Shown here one piece after another: positions 50,897 through 61,672 of a DNA stretch of 64,000 nucleotides; position 1 is the first letter of the stretch; every line of letters begins with the position of its first letter. The notes beneath the pieces were generated by a model. The model saw only the letters and a program-made list of their open reading frames with translations. It made no database searches and had not been told where the DNA came from. The DNA lies in contig JBHLOY010000012.1 in the NCBI GenBank assembly GCA_048939995.1, positions 16,281 to 80,280 on the forward strand. The letters run 5' to 3'. The position numbers were made by a program, and so were the translations under genes. The DNA is from Promethearchaeota archaeon (GTDB lineage Archaea > Asgardarchaeota > Lokiarchaeia > Sigyniarchaeales > SOKP01).

Positions 50897-51721
50897 ATGC
50901 TATGTAAGTTACCAAATATTGAAATCTATTATGAAATCTATGGAGAAGGTATCCCCATCTTAATGATTCATGGCTTTACCCCCGATCATCATGTAGTAAA
51001 GGGACCCATGGAACCGATTTTTCAAAATAGATCTGGATTTAAACGCATATATTTTGATTTACCTGGCATGGGTAAAACTGAAGGAAAGAAATGGATTAAA
51101 AATTCGGACCAAATTCTTGAAATAGTAACACAATTCATTGAAAAAATTATCCCTAATGAAAAATTTTTAATTGTGTCCGAATCTTACGGAGGCTATCTCG
51201 CAAGAGGACTTATCTACAAAAATCTTTACCAAATCTTAGGAATTTGCTTTATTTGCCCTTTAATTGTCCCCGATCCTCAGAAGAGAGAATTACCCGAATT
51301 TACACCTATCATACAGGAAAAATCCTTTTTAGAGACACTAGATCCTAAAAATAAAGATGATTTTGAAAATTTCGTGATTCTTCAAAACGAACGCGTTTGG
51401 AAAGGATATAAAGATAATGTTCTTATAGGTTTACAAGCTGCAGATGAAAAATTCTTAGATGACATATTTTCTAAAGGATATGCGTTCTCATTTGATGTTG
51501 ATAAAATGAAAAGAAAGTTTGAAAAGCCTGTATTATTTTTGCTTGGGAAACAAGACATTGCAGTTGGATATAAAGATGCTTGGAAAATTCTTGAGAGTTA
51601 TCCACGTGCTTCTTTTGTGATATTAGACAAAGCAGGACATTTACTGGAGGTAGAGCAAAAAAATCTGTTTGAATCACTTGTAAATGAATGGCTGGATAGA
51701 GTAATAGAAGCAATTAATTAA
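50897..51721 (+). CDS. Alpha/beta hydrolase
   Basis: IHGF, DLPGMG, ESYGG nucleophile elbow, G.QD, AGH. Confidence 0.92.
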   Translation: MLCKLPNIEIYYEIYGEGIPILMIHGFTPDHHVVKGPMEPIFQNRSGFKRIYFDLPGMGKTEGKKWIKNSDQILEIVTQFIEKIIPNEKFLIVSESYGGYLARGLIYKNLYQILGICFICPLIVPDPQKRELPEFTPIIQEKSFLETLDPKNKDDFENFVILQNERVWKGYKDNVLIGLQAADEKFLDDIFSKGYAFSFDVDKMKRKFEKPVLFLLGKQDIAVGYKDAWKILESYPRASFVILDKAGHLLEVEQKNLFESLVNEWLDRVIEAIN

Positions 51722-51769
51722 TTTTTAGATTTTCGGATTAATTTTAAGATAAAGTTTACTATATTCATT

Positions 51770-52954
51770 ATGAGTGAGAAGTTATACTGGAAGAATCCCT
51801 ATGATACCGAATTCGAGGCAAATATCGTAGCAATTACTAAAAATGGATTAATTTTTGATCGTACTCTTTTTTATCCAAAAAGTGGTAATCAAGCAAGTGA
51901 TGTTGGATATATTGTATCTAACAATGAAAAATTTGAAGTAAATAAGGTATCTCTTGAAGGAAAAGATATTATCCATGAAATACCTTTAAAAGAAATTGCC
52001 AAATTCAAGATCGGTGATAAAATTAAAGGGATTATTAATTGGGAAAATCGTTATGGAATAATGAAAGCTCATTCTTCTCAGCATATATTTTCAGCTTTAA
52101 TTAAAAACAAATATAACATCAATACTTCAAGGGCTTTTATTGAAAATGAAGAAGTAATAATTCAATTTGATAAGGCTATTAACTTTACAAAATTAAATAA
52201 TATTTTGACTGAATTCTTATTATTTTGCACAATTAAAAATCTAGAAATTAAAACAGAAATTTTAACGACTGAACACGCAGAAAATATTGGTAATTTAGCG
52301 AGGAGTGAAAAACCAGAAGTTGATCAAATCCGTGTAGTAAATGTAAAAGGTATCGATGTCAACTTCTGTGGAGGAACACATGTACGAAATTCGACTGAAA
52401 TTGGACCTCCGTTTTTAATTGATTTTAAAAAAAATCTTGAGATTAAATACTTAGTTGGAAATAAAGCAATTGAGAAGATTTCTCAATTAAATCTTGAACT
52501 ATTAAAAATATCAAATAAACTTAACACAAACATAAATAAGTGCTATGAAAATCTTGAAAAACTAATGGAAGCGAATCAAAAACTACAGAAGAATCATGAT
52601 TTGGTAATAAATGAATTTTTTAATCAAAAAATAATGAATCCTGATTTTAAATTTGATGATATTAAACTATTTTTGATAAATTTTGAAATCGAATATAAGT
52701 TATTAAAAGGTCTCCTAGCCTTATTGCCCGGGAATTCCTTACTATTGATTATGTCAGAAAAAAAGAAAGTTAGAATTTACTCAAATGTAGAAAAGATAAG
52801 ATCAAATGAACTAGTCAATGAACTAATCAATAGATATCAAGGAAAAGGAGGAGGGAATCCAAAAAATGCTCAATGTTCATTGGAAAAAGAACCTAAAAAT
52901 ATAATTCAAGATATCCAACAGATAATAAAGAATGATTTAGCTTATAAAGTTTAA
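51770..52954 (+). CDS. alaX: Alanyl-tRNA editing protein AlaX (long form with C-Ala/DHHA1 domain)
   Basis: RTLFYP..G.Q..D.G, HSSQH, CGGTHV, GKGGG. Confidence 0.88.
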   Translation: MSEKLYWKNPYDTEFEANIVAITKNGLIFDRTLFYPKSGNQASDVGYIVSNNEKFEVNKVSLEGKDIIHEIPLKEIAKFKIGDKIKGIINWENRYGIMKAHSSQHIFSALIKNKYNINTSRAFIENEEVIIQFDKAINFTKLNNILTEFLLFCTIKNLEIKTEILTTEHAENIGNLARSEKPEVDQIRVVNVKGIDVNFCGGTHVRNSTEIGPPFLIDFKKNLEIKYLVGNKAIEKISQLNLELLKISNKLNTNINKCYENLEKLMEANQKLQKNHDLVINEFFNQKIMNPDFKFDDIKLFLINFEIEYKLLKGLLALLPGNSLLLIMSEKKKVRIYSNVEKIRSNELVNELINRYQGKGGGNPKNAQCSLEKEPKNIIQDIQQIIKNDLAYKV

Positions 52955-52968
52955 AAATTGGAGAAATT

Positions 52969-54363
52969 CTATTTTTTATGGTCTAATATGATATTTGAGC
53001 ATTCAATTGCACTATTTGCAGCCATTTCCGTTCCAATACCCCAACCTCCCGCATCGCCACCCACTATAAATAAACCTTCTATCGGGAGGTTGCATTTTAA
53101 TCGATTGCTTCCCGTCTGACCAATAATCTGTGAAATCCCTACAACAGCGGCTTCTTTTCCTCCAAATATATTGATATCTTCTGGTGTAGTTAAATCTACC
53201 CATAATATATTTTCGGAAAGACCGGGAAAAATAGTATTTAGATTTTCTAGGGAATTTTTGACCCATAACTCTCGATTTTTCTCAAAATTTTCCTGAGCTA
53301 CAATTGTCCCTGCCGTTATCAATTGCTTTCCCTGTGGAGCTAAACCAGGATCATAATTAGAAGGAACAGGAATAAAGAAGTCCAAATCATCAGGGACCTT
53401 TCCATGAATTATTTTGTTGAAATATTCAATAGGATCTTCTGATGATATCGTCATTAGGACTTTTAAATCGGTTATGGGTTTCTTTAAGGCGATCTTTAGT
53501 GTAATTGCACTCATAGAATACTTGAGATTATCAATTTCTTTAAGGAAGTCATTACTGAAGTATTTTCTTCCAACAATGCTATTGATAGTCTCTTTTATCC
53601 CTGAATTGCTAATCACAAAATTGGAAGATATCAATTCTCCTGAGTTTAATTCGACACCTTTTACCCTTCCATCTTCGATTATTATCTTTTCAACAAGACT
53701 ATTAGTATTTATATCACCCCCAAATTGTTTAATTGCCATGGTATAGGCTAAAGGAATTGATATACACCCCCCTCTGGGGTATCCTGTAAGTAGATCTTTC
53801 GAGAGTGATGAAAGACATTTCACGAATTCACCTGCCGATGCCTCAAAATGCGGGACAACGAAATACATCCAACATAGAGCTTTAAAGAATGAATGAATGG
53901 AAATATTGTTTGTATACTGCGACACCCATGTTTTTAAGTCAATATTTTCTAAATCCGCAGTATCTTTTATATTCATGATATCTTTAAGAATTTTCATGAG
54001 AATTTTAGAATCTGAAGGAGCTAATAACTTTGCAAATTCAAGAGGAAACCTTAGAAATCGTCCCTTATAGTACCAACGAGGCCCCGGACTCTTTGCTATT
54101 ATCCAATCAATCGCATCTTCTTTTCCTATCATATTAAGAATTTTACCAAGTGGTCCTCTGCCCGATCTCCCGAAAGAATGGACTCCTACATCAACTTTAA
54201 ATCCCTCTTTTTCATAAGTACTACATCTTCCACCAATTAGTTCGTTCTTTTCTAAAATTAAAGTTTTTAAACCACTCGAAGCTAAAATTGCTCCTACAGC
54301 AGAACCCCCAATCCCACTTCCAATTACAATTATATCATAGTCAGCCAAATTACACACACTCAA
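52969..54363 (-). CDS. Phytoene desaturase-like FAD-dependent oxidoreductase
   Basis: GSGIGG, LEKN..IGGRC, D.G.H, YPRGG, IEGLFIVG. Confidence 0.85.
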   Translation of the reverse strand: MSVCNLADYDIIVIGSGIGGSAVGAILASSGLKTLILEKNELIGGRCSTYEKEGFKVDVGVHSFGRSGRGPLGKILNMIGKEDAIDWIIAKSPGPRWYYKGRFLRFPLEFAKLLAPSDSKILMKILKDIMNIKDTADLENIDLKTWVSQYTNNISIHSFFKALCWMYFVVPHFEASAGEFVKCLSSLSKDLLTGYPRGGCISIPLAYTMAIKQFGGDINTNSLVEKIIIEDGRVKGVELNSGELISSNFVISNSGIKETINSIVGRKYFSNDFLKEIDNLKYSMSAITLKIALKKPITDLKVLMTISSEDPIEYFNKIIHGKVPDDLDFFIPVPSNYDPGLAPQGKQLITAGTIVAQENFEKNRELWVKNSLENLNTIFPGLSENILWVDLTTPEDINIFGGKEAAVVGISQIIGQTGSNRLKCNLPIEGLFIVGGDAGGWGIGTEMAANSAIECSNIILDHKK

Positions 54364-54406
54364 GTATACTTAACAATGAGATTCAAATCATAGATAAATA
54401 AATTAA

Positions 54407-56299
54407 TTATAAAATATCTATTTTCTGAAGATAAAGGGTCGATACAGTAAAGCAAACAATTGTAATTGATAACAGTATTAATATAATGTATATAGGATCA
54501 ATCTCTAAAGTAGTAATTGTAAACCCTAATAATTCAGAATAAGGTGATAGAATGCTACTTAACCCTCCACCAGTATTCGAAATCCAAAAGCTTCCCAACT
54601 TTTCAAAATAATAGGAATATGAAAAGAGAAGTGGCCATTCATGACGAAAAAGAATTGGAAGAAAGCTAGTCAATGTAGGGAGAATCATCACGATTAATAT
54701 TGGTAAAAATATTGCAAGACCTGCTTTTTTAAATAGAGTGGAAAATGAAATGCCTATCGCTGTTAAAGGAATCAATGTTAGGAGACCAATAAGAAATACA
54801 AATCCTCCTATTGATAGAATATCTGGAATATATATTGCATCAACATAAGAAATTGCCCCGATTGTAAATGAAATAGATGTCGCAACCATAACAACAATAA
54901 TAATAAAGAGATATGCTAGAATTTTACCCCAAAGATATTCCCAACGTCTTACTGGTTTACTTAGAAACCAGGAAAGTGATCCATTTCTTTTTGTATTTAT
55001 AATACCTGTAGATGCAAATGCTATTGAAAATGCAATTCCAAAATATAAAAGATAATAACTTAGGATCATATTCACCAACATTCTAATTTGATCAATCCCA
55101 ATCCCCCCTAATAACCGGTTCATCACTCCAAATATGAAATATAATATTATACCTGGTGCGACTCCTATTAAACTGAAAATAATAGTTTTGATTTTACTAT
55201 CAGCTAATTCTTTCTTGAATATAATCCCCAAAGTACTATAATATCTGCGATTTTGTTTGAACCGCAAAAAAATAAGAGTAATTACAATAACTAGCCCAAT
55301 AACTCCCGTTCCTATTCCAAAATATATCCAGTTAAATGAAGGATAGCTAATTATTTCAATTGATATCATTGAAGTATAGTTATTTCCAATGCTATCGATA
55401 CTTGTAAGAGAGATATTATGAACACCTGTAGATGTAAAATTAATGATTAAACTACCAATGTATCTTTGATAAAACCCTGAACCATTAATTTCTCTGTACA
55501 AATGCCCATCAACGAAGATATGGAAGTTAGTATTGAGATATCCATCAATTAAGGGACTATCCCACCCAATCCATGTAAAATTTATTGAACGTTCAGAAGT
55601 TCTATATAAACCACTAAATAGCAATACGCTTAAACTATAAGGTCCAGTGATATAGTGTAGGGGTATAGCTAAATCATTAAGAAATAAAATATTAGAATTT
55701 TCTATCAAAGTAATAGAGGAAGATACTCCATTTAACATAACGTTAGTAATTGAAGAATTCAAAATTGAAATTGTTCCACCTATTCCAAATTCATTAAGTT
55801 GAAATAATGAAGATTCCGTTATTGAGAGATTAGCAGAATCAAATTTCCATATGGTAGTCAATGGACTATTACTTGAAAGAATCTCCAAAATTGATGAATC
55901 ACGACATTCAATACTTCCCCCAACTGTAGAATTGTTGATAGTTACTTCTGAAGAATCTGAAATAATTATATTGACAGTAATATTTGACTTTTCTTTTATG
56001 GATAGTTTTCCTGTATTGAACATGTAAATACTATTAATAACTGTGGTATTGATAAGGGAAACATTGGCATTCCCCATTATAAAAATGCTTTCATAGATAA
56101 TTTCATCTTGACGGACTTCATTTCCACTATCAAATACAATTGATGTTTTTAAGGATTTATCTAATTCATTTGAAGAGTGACCATTTAGACCTTTTAACAT
56201 AGAGACATTTTGAACAATTAGGCATAATATAATTATTACAATTAAAGATAAAATTGAAATTTTAGCCTCTTTAATGAATGTATAATTTCTATTCAACAT
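54407..56299 (-). CDS. ABC-2 type permease fused to an N-terminal extracellular beta-helix-like domain
   Basis: N-terminal TM, I..S.I-rich repeats, second TM, then IFKKEL...LSKPVRRWEYLWGKIL ABC-2 permease. Confidence 0.82.
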   Translation of the reverse strand: MLNRNYTFIKEAKISILSLIVIIILCLIVQNVSMLKGLNGHSSNELDKSLKTSIVFDSGNEVRQDEIIYESIFIMGNANVSLINTTVINSIYMFNTGKLSIKEKSNITVNIIISDSSEVTINNSTVGGSIECRDSSILEILSSNSPLTTIWKFDSANLSITESSLFQLNEFGIGGTISILNSSITNVMLNGVSSSITLIENSNILFLNDLAIPLHYITGPYSLSVLLFSGLYRTSERSINFTWIGWDSPLIDGYLNTNFHIFVDGHLYREINGSGFYQRYIGSLIINFTSTGVHNISLTSIDSIGNNYTSMISIEIISYPSFNWIYFGIGTGVIGLVIVITLIFLRFKQNRRYYSTLGIIFKKELADSKIKTIIFSLIGVAPGIILYFIFGVMNRLLGGIGIDQIRMLVNMILSYYLLYFGIAFSIAFASTGIINTKRNGSLSWFLSKPVRRWEYLWGKILAYLFIIIVVMVATSISFTIGAISYVDAIYIPDILSIGGFVFLIGLLTLIPLTAIGISFSTLFKKAGLAIFLPILIVMILPTLTSFLPILFRHEWPLLFSYSYYFEKLGSFWISNTGGGLSSILSPYSELLGFTITTLEIDPIYIILILLSITIVCFTVSTLYLQKIDIL

Positions 56300-57242
56300 G
56301 CTTCAGCTCCACACTTTTATTTTCCTTCTCCAAAGCTTTCATAAAAATTTGTTCAATCTCTAACCCACTAGATCGAAATTCATTTACAATTATATTATTC
56401 TTTAGTGAAATCTCGGCGATAACCTGCCAAACTTTTGCTAAATTATGCGTTTCAATAACGAGGGTATCATATTCTTCAGTTATTTTTGATACAAAAGGCT
56501 TGAGAGAATTGCGAAATAAATCAATATTTGGGCTAATTTTCACTAATTTAACTCCAAGCTTTTCATTTAGTTCTTGAATAGATCCTTCCATAATAAGTTG
56601 ACCTCGATCAATGATCCCAATCGAATCAGCATTCATTTTTTGAATTTCTGGAAGTATATGCGTCGAAATCAACATTGTTTTTCCCTCTTGACGTAGATCT
56701 TTAAGTAAATCAATCATTTGGTTTCGACCAAGAGGATCGAGATTAGAAGTAATTTCATCTAATATTAATAATTCGGGATCATTCATTAAAGCTTGAGCAA
56801 TTCCTATTCTCTGCTTCATCCCCGCAGAAAACTTTGCAATTACACGATGTCTTGCATCTGACAATTCAACCAGTCGTAACAAATTTGTAATACGACTAGT
56901 CATTTCTTGTTTGGATAAGCGAAAAACTGAACCAATATATATGAGCAATTTCTCTGCAGTCATTCCCATAAAGTAAGTCGGATTTTCTGGGACATAGCCA
57001 ATACGCTTATGAATGTTCATTTTCTCATGACTGGTAATATCCTCTCCGAACAATTCAATTCTCCCTGATGTAGGAAAGAGCGAACCAATGAGCATTTTAA
57101 TCGTAGTTGTTTTTCCAGCACCATTTGGTCCCAAAAATCCATAGATTCCTTTATTTACCGTTATATTCAGATTATTAACTGCAACAGTCTCAAGACCAAA
57201 TCTTTTAGTTAAATTAAATGTTTGAATAATTGGATTCTTCAT
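56289..57242 (-). CDS. ABC transporter ATP-binding protein
   Basis: GPNGAGKTT, FSAGMKQR, LILDE, STH. Confidence 0.95.
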   Translation of the reverse strand: MKNPIIQTFNLTKRFGLETVAVNNLNITVNKGIYGFLGPNGAGKTTTIKMLIGSLFPTSGRIELFGEDITSHEKMNIHKRIGYVPENPTYFMGMTAEKLLIYIGSVFRLSKQEMTSRITNLLRLVELSDARHRVIAKFSAGMKQRIGIAQALMNDPELLILDEITSNLDPLGRNQMIDLLKDLRQEGKTMLISTHILPEIQKMNADSIGIIDRGQLIMEGSIQELNEKLGVKLVKISPNIDLFRNSLKPFVSKITEEYDTLVIETHNLAKVWQVIAEISLKNNIIVNEFRSSGLEIEQIFMKALEKENKSVELKHVE

Positions 57243-57302
57243 TATTATATCAATAAAAATACATAGTATAAATAGAATATTTATTTTAAAAATTTTAAAT
57301 TC

Positions 57303-58448
57303 TCAGACTTTAATATATTTTGAATGCGTAATGACCTCAACTTTACCATTCCATATTAGAAAATCATTTTCAAGTCTTTGTCCTCCTAATCCTTGTTTGA
57401 AAACGCTAGGTTCGATTGTAAAGACCATTCCCTCTTGAAATCTCTCTTCTTTCCAATGCTTTAATGAATATTCATCAGTTGGTTTACGACTTATAATTGG
57501 AGAATCATGAACAGTTAAACCTAGCCCATGACCCAACGCGTAAGGCATAGAAAATCCCTCTTTCTTTAATATCTGCTCTACTCTATCATGAACTTTCCAT
57601 AAAGGTACATCTAAGTCAATCATTTCAATCGCAGCTTCATATGCTTTTATCGTCAGATTATTCATTTTAATCTGTTCATTTGATAACTTTCCAAAACTAA
57701 TTGGCACAGTAATGTCTGAATTATAGCCTTGATATTTAGCTCCAAAGTCAATTAATGCTAAACCTGGTAAACTAAATTTCTGATCACTAGCATAAGGATA
57801 TTGATGAAGTTCATGAGCACGGGATGAATTTGCAACGAGCGGTTCAAAAGCAACATCATCAGCACCGTAATCTGCCATTTTCTTCCTTATGAGAAAAGAT
57901 AATTCTTTTTCTGTCCCGTTGGGTGTATTCTCACAAAAATTCCTAATCTCTCTAATAGTTTTCGTCCCTATTTGAGCAGCAATCTTTAATTGTTTGATCT
58001 CTATTTCACTTTTTGTTGCTCTTAACTCACCTAAAAATCTAGAAATCTGAATTGGCTCCTTGTAAAATTTAACACCTGAAATTAATGCTTTCATTCTAAC
58101 AATAAAACCGTATGGGATTGATTCATGAGTCCCGATTGTAATCGTAGCTTTTTTCCACCTTTTCTCGAATAAATCTTTCATTACCAGAAACATATTATAT
58201 TTAAAATTCGAATAATCTACGAGTTCATCTACTTCAGAATGTTTTTTAGCTAAAGCGACATCCCACGGAATCAAAATTGATTCACCACTTGAAGTTATTA
58301 ATACAAAGGCATCTGTAGGATGTCCTGAAAGATATTGTAAATTAATATTTTCACTATCTTCAAAATCAGATATTAAGAGAATATCAATTTGTCTTTCTTG
58401 CAAAAATTGTAAAAGAAATTCAAATTTCTCATCTGTAATAAATCTCAT
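57303..58448 (-). CDS. Xaa-Pro aminopeptidase/prolidase (M24B)
   Basis: K...EI, DFGA...Y.SDIT, GHGLGL.VHD, TIEP, RLEND; ATG 58448 preferred. Confidence 0.9.
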   Translation of the reverse strand: MRFITDEKFEFLLQFLQERQIDILLISDFEDSENINLQYLSGHPTDAFVLITSSGESILIPWDVALAKKHSEVDELVDYSNFKYNMFLVMKDLFEKRWKKATITIGTHESIPYGFIVRMKALISGVKFYKEPIQISRFLGELRATKSEIEIKQLKIAAQIGTKTIREIRNFCENTPNGTEKELSFLIRKKMADYGADDVAFEPLVANSSRAHELHQYPYASDQKFSLPGLALIDFGAKYQGYNSDITVPISFGKLSNEQIKMNNLTIKAYEAAIEMIDLDVPLWKVHDRVEQILKKEGFSMPYALGHGLGLTVHDSPIISRKPTDEYSLKHWKEERFQEGMVFTIEPSVFKQGLGGQRLENDFLIWNGKVEVITHSKYIKV

Positions 58449-58616
58449 TTTATAACATTTTTTTAAATTTGATTGAAAATTTATATATATTTTCATTTTA
58501 AACTTCCTCTAGGAATTTAAATTGACAGAATAAAAATATTTGAAAAAATCGATTACAAGGGACAGGATCAGTTTGATTAGACGTTATTAGCTAAAATAGA
58601 AAAAAAGAGACTTCTT

Positions 58617-58841
58617 TTAATAAGAATTTTGATTAATTAAAACTTTCTTAATCTTATTTAGATAACTCAACACTTTTAATTTTACATCATTATTCCTTTT
58701 ATTATAACCACAATTCCAAGGGTGCTCTATACGATCCCCACATAAAAGAGCACCATGATACATTGAAAAACCTTCACAGCTATGATAGATTTTTCTGCCT
58801 ATTGAATATTCTTCACCACATTTAGGACACTTTATCATCAT
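58617..58841 (-). CDS. Small Cys/His-rich zinc-finger-like protein
   Basis: CPKCG...HSC...H...C...H.WNC. Confidence 0.55.
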   Translation of the reverse strand: MMIKCPKCGEEYSIGRKIYHSCEGFSMYHGALLCGDRIEHPWNCGYNKRNNDVKLKVLSYLNKIKKVLINQNSY

Positions 58842-59117
58842 AAGTGACTCATCTTTTTTAATATTTTTTTGATTTATTTATAAAAATTCTTGAATATGAT
58901 TCAATTTTTTTTTAAAAATAACAACAATTATTTTAACATCTTATCTAGATTAAATACATCATTCATATTATTTAAATATGATGTACAATATTCGATTACA
59001 CGAGACCCCATAGAATCCCATTCGGCACATTTATAAACAGCAAATAACATATATATCATGAGAATGTGCTATTTGATTAATTAATTTGAATAACGATAAA
59101 CCGAATATTATTCGAAA

Positions 59118-60464
59118 ATGATAGAAAATAATAAAAATGAAAATGTTGGAATTATTTACAAGGTTCCCGTAGATGAAGTGGAACATCCTAAAAGGATAAT
59201 GGAGACTTTATTAGTAGAAGAGAATCCTTTTGAAATTGTAAAGCGTCAGATCGATATTGTTTCTGAAAAAATGGGTTTAAACTATAACATTAAAAAATAT
59301 CTCAAAAAAGTTGAGCGCTGTTTAATCGTATCAATCCCTATTAAAATGGATAATGGAAGGCTTGAAATTTTTGAGGGTTATAGAGTTCATCACTCAACTA
59401 TTCGTGGTCCTGGTAAAGGGGGAATACGATATTCTCCTAATGTTAGTTTAGATGAAGTAAAAGCGCTTGCAACTTGGATGACTTTTAAAACAAGTTTATT
59501 AAATTTACCTCTTGGAGGAGCAAAGGGTGGTATATGTGTTGACCCAGGAAAATTATCTAAAGCAGAATTAGAAAGGTTGACCCGTAGATATACCTCTGAG
59601 ATAATCAATATTATTGGACCTGACATAGATATTCCTGCTCCAGATATTAATACTAATGCCCAAATTATGGCTTGGATTATGGATACCTATTCTATGCATA
59701 AAGGTAGAGCCGTTCCAGGAGTAGTAACAGGAAAACCAATTGAAATAGGAGGATCAGTCGGGAGAGAATCAGCAACGGGAATGGGTTTATATTATATCCT
59801 CAAAGCTTTATTTAAAAAAATTGGTTTTAACCTAAAAAATTCTAAAGTTGTGATTCAAGGATTTGGTAATGTAGGTGGGACTATTGCTGAAATACTCTTT
59901 GAAGAAGGAGTTAAAATAGTAGCTATTTCAGATATCAGTGGTGCACTATATGCTGAAGAGGGGCTGGACATAAAAGAATTGGTAAAATGGAGGGATTCTC
60001 ACTATTTCTTAAAAGATTATACAAAAAGAAATTATAAGTTTCTTAGAAATGATAAACTACTCACTATCAAATGTGACATTTTAATCCCAGCTGCTATTGA
60101 AAATCAAATAAATAGTTCAAATGTAGAGGAAATAAATTGTAAAATTATATTAGAAGGAGCAAATGGGCCAACAACTCCTAAAGCGGATGAAATCTTGAAT
60201 AAGAAGGGAATCATTGTTGTTCCAGATATTCTTGCCAACTCTGGAGGTGTATGTGTTTCTTATTTTGAATATATTCAAGATATACACAGCTACTTTTGGA
60301 AATTAGATAGAATAAATCAAGAGCTCAAAAATATTCTTGTAAGCACATTCGAGAATGTATATAGTCTATCAAAAGAAAAGAATGTCTCTTTACGCACAGC
60401 TGCATATATGATAGCTATTTCACGATTAGCTAAGGCAATTGAACTACGAGGAATATTTCCATAA
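59118..60464 (+). CDS. gdhA: Glutamate dehydrogenase
   Basis: GPGKGGIRY, MTFK, GGAKGG, PAPD, TGKP..GGS.GR..ATG, QGFGNVG, EGANGP. Confidence 0.96.
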   Translation: MIENNKNENVGIIYKVPVDEVEHPKRIMETLLVEENPFEIVKRQIDIVSEKMGLNYNIKKYLKKVERCLIVSIPIKMDNGRLEIFEGYRVHHSTIRGPGKGGIRYSPNVSLDEVKALATWMTFKTSLLNLPLGGAKGGICVDPGKLSKAELERLTRRYTSEIINIIGPDIDIPAPDINTNAQIMAWIMDTYSMHKGRAVPGVVTGKPIEIGGSVGRESATGMGLYYILKALFKKIGFNLKNSKVVIQGFGNVGGTIAEILFEEGVKIVAISDISGALYAEEGLDIKELVKWRDSHYFLKDYTKRNYKFLRNDKLLTIKCDILIPAAIENQINSSNVEEINCKIILEGANGPTTPKADEILNKKGIIVVPDILANSGGVCVSYFEYIQDIHSYFWKLDRINQELKNILVSTFENVYSLSKEKNVSLRTAAYMIAISRLAKAIELRGIFP

Positions 60465-60466
60465 TT

Positions 60467-61354
60467 TTATTCCGTTTTAAAATGAACTTTTTGAGTCATT
60501 TTAAAAATGTCTATAAAACTTGATACACTAATTAGTGGGTGAACTCCTTCCATTGTTTTAATTTTTTCGTTAATAAATTTCCAAAGATTTTTCTCATTTT
60601 GAGTAACTGTTTGTATCAAAAGACTGTGATCTCCTGTTGAGGAAGCTACTAGCTGAACTTCATCGAAGGTTATTAATATATTCACAACATCATCCAACTT
60701 CAATGGATCCACTGAAAGCCCAAGAATTGCAATGGATTGATAACCTGCCTTAGATGGATCTACAATAGTATCCACTTTTTTTATGATTCCCTCTTTTATC
60801 ATACTCTGCACACGGTTATGTACGGTACTAGCTGCTAAATTTACCTTTTTACTTAATTCTTTATAAGACATCTTATAATTATTTTGTAATAGGTTAAGTA
60901 TTTCTTTATCTTTTCCATCTAACTGTACTTTTTGTAGCTTTTCTCTTAATTTCTCATTTTCTATTCTATGCCGTTCAATCCCATATAGAATCGCGCGTGT
61001 TAATCTATTTTCGTCAAGATCATTCTTAACTAAATAATCTTGAACTCCTTTTTGTAAAGATTGCAATGCGAACTCTCTGTCATCTAATCCAGTTAAAATA
61101 ACAATGGGAATTACCTTTGTAAAATTAAGTACTTTATCTAATGTAGAATCTCTATCACTATCGGGTAATGTTAAATCTAATAACATTAAATCAAATTTTT
61201 TTGTCTTTAAATGTTCTAATCCTTCAGAAAGGCGATTACAAGATTCTAAATTAAAGAAGATTCCCTTAGAATTCCTCAGAAACTCTTTAATAAGGCGGAT
61301 ATCCGCATTATTATCTTCTATTAATAATATATTGATCTTCTTATTTTCTATCAA
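60467..61354 (-). CDS. Response regulator: receiver domain fused to an Lrp/AsnC HTH and RAM domain
   Basis: LLIEDN...LLDLTLPD...ILTG...DYLVK, then LDGKDKEILNLLQ...SYKELSKKVNLAASTVHNRV...GII and AsnC ligand domain. TTG 61354 after GGTGG preferred; ORF track starts at 61402. Confidence 0.88.
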   Translation of the reverse strand: MIENKKINILLIEDNNADIRLIKEFLRNSKGIFFNLESCNRLSEGLEHLKTKKFDLMLLDLTLPDSDRDSTLDKVLNFTKVIPIVILTGLDDREFALQSLQKGVQDYLVKNDLDENRLTRAILYGIERHRIENEKLREKLQKVQLDGKDKEILNLLQNNYKMSYKELSKKVNLAASTVHNRVQSMIKEGIIKKVDTIVDPSKAGYQSIAILGLSVDPLKLDDVVNILITFDEVQLVASSTGDHSLLIQTVTQNEKNLWKFINEKIKTMEGVHPLISVSSFIDIFKMTQKVHFKTE

Positions 61355-61672
61355 AATCCACCCAATAAATATTAATTTTAATCTGAATAATATTCGGTAC
61401 AATAAAAAATTATTTTATTAATGATTTAGATAAATTAATGTCAGTTATATTTTGTTTAAGGAATATAATGATTCACATTTTTAATTATATTGAATTGAAG
61501 ATCTTAGTGAAAGGAAAATCTAATAGTGTTCGATTATATCACAATTATATTGAACAAGTTTCCTAAAAATGAATTCTTATCCCTATGGTATTTAAATATA
61601 GTATTTCACTTTCTTACTTAAAAATTCTAATAGCTATTAAGAGTATTTAATAAAATAGGGGACTAAATTATA

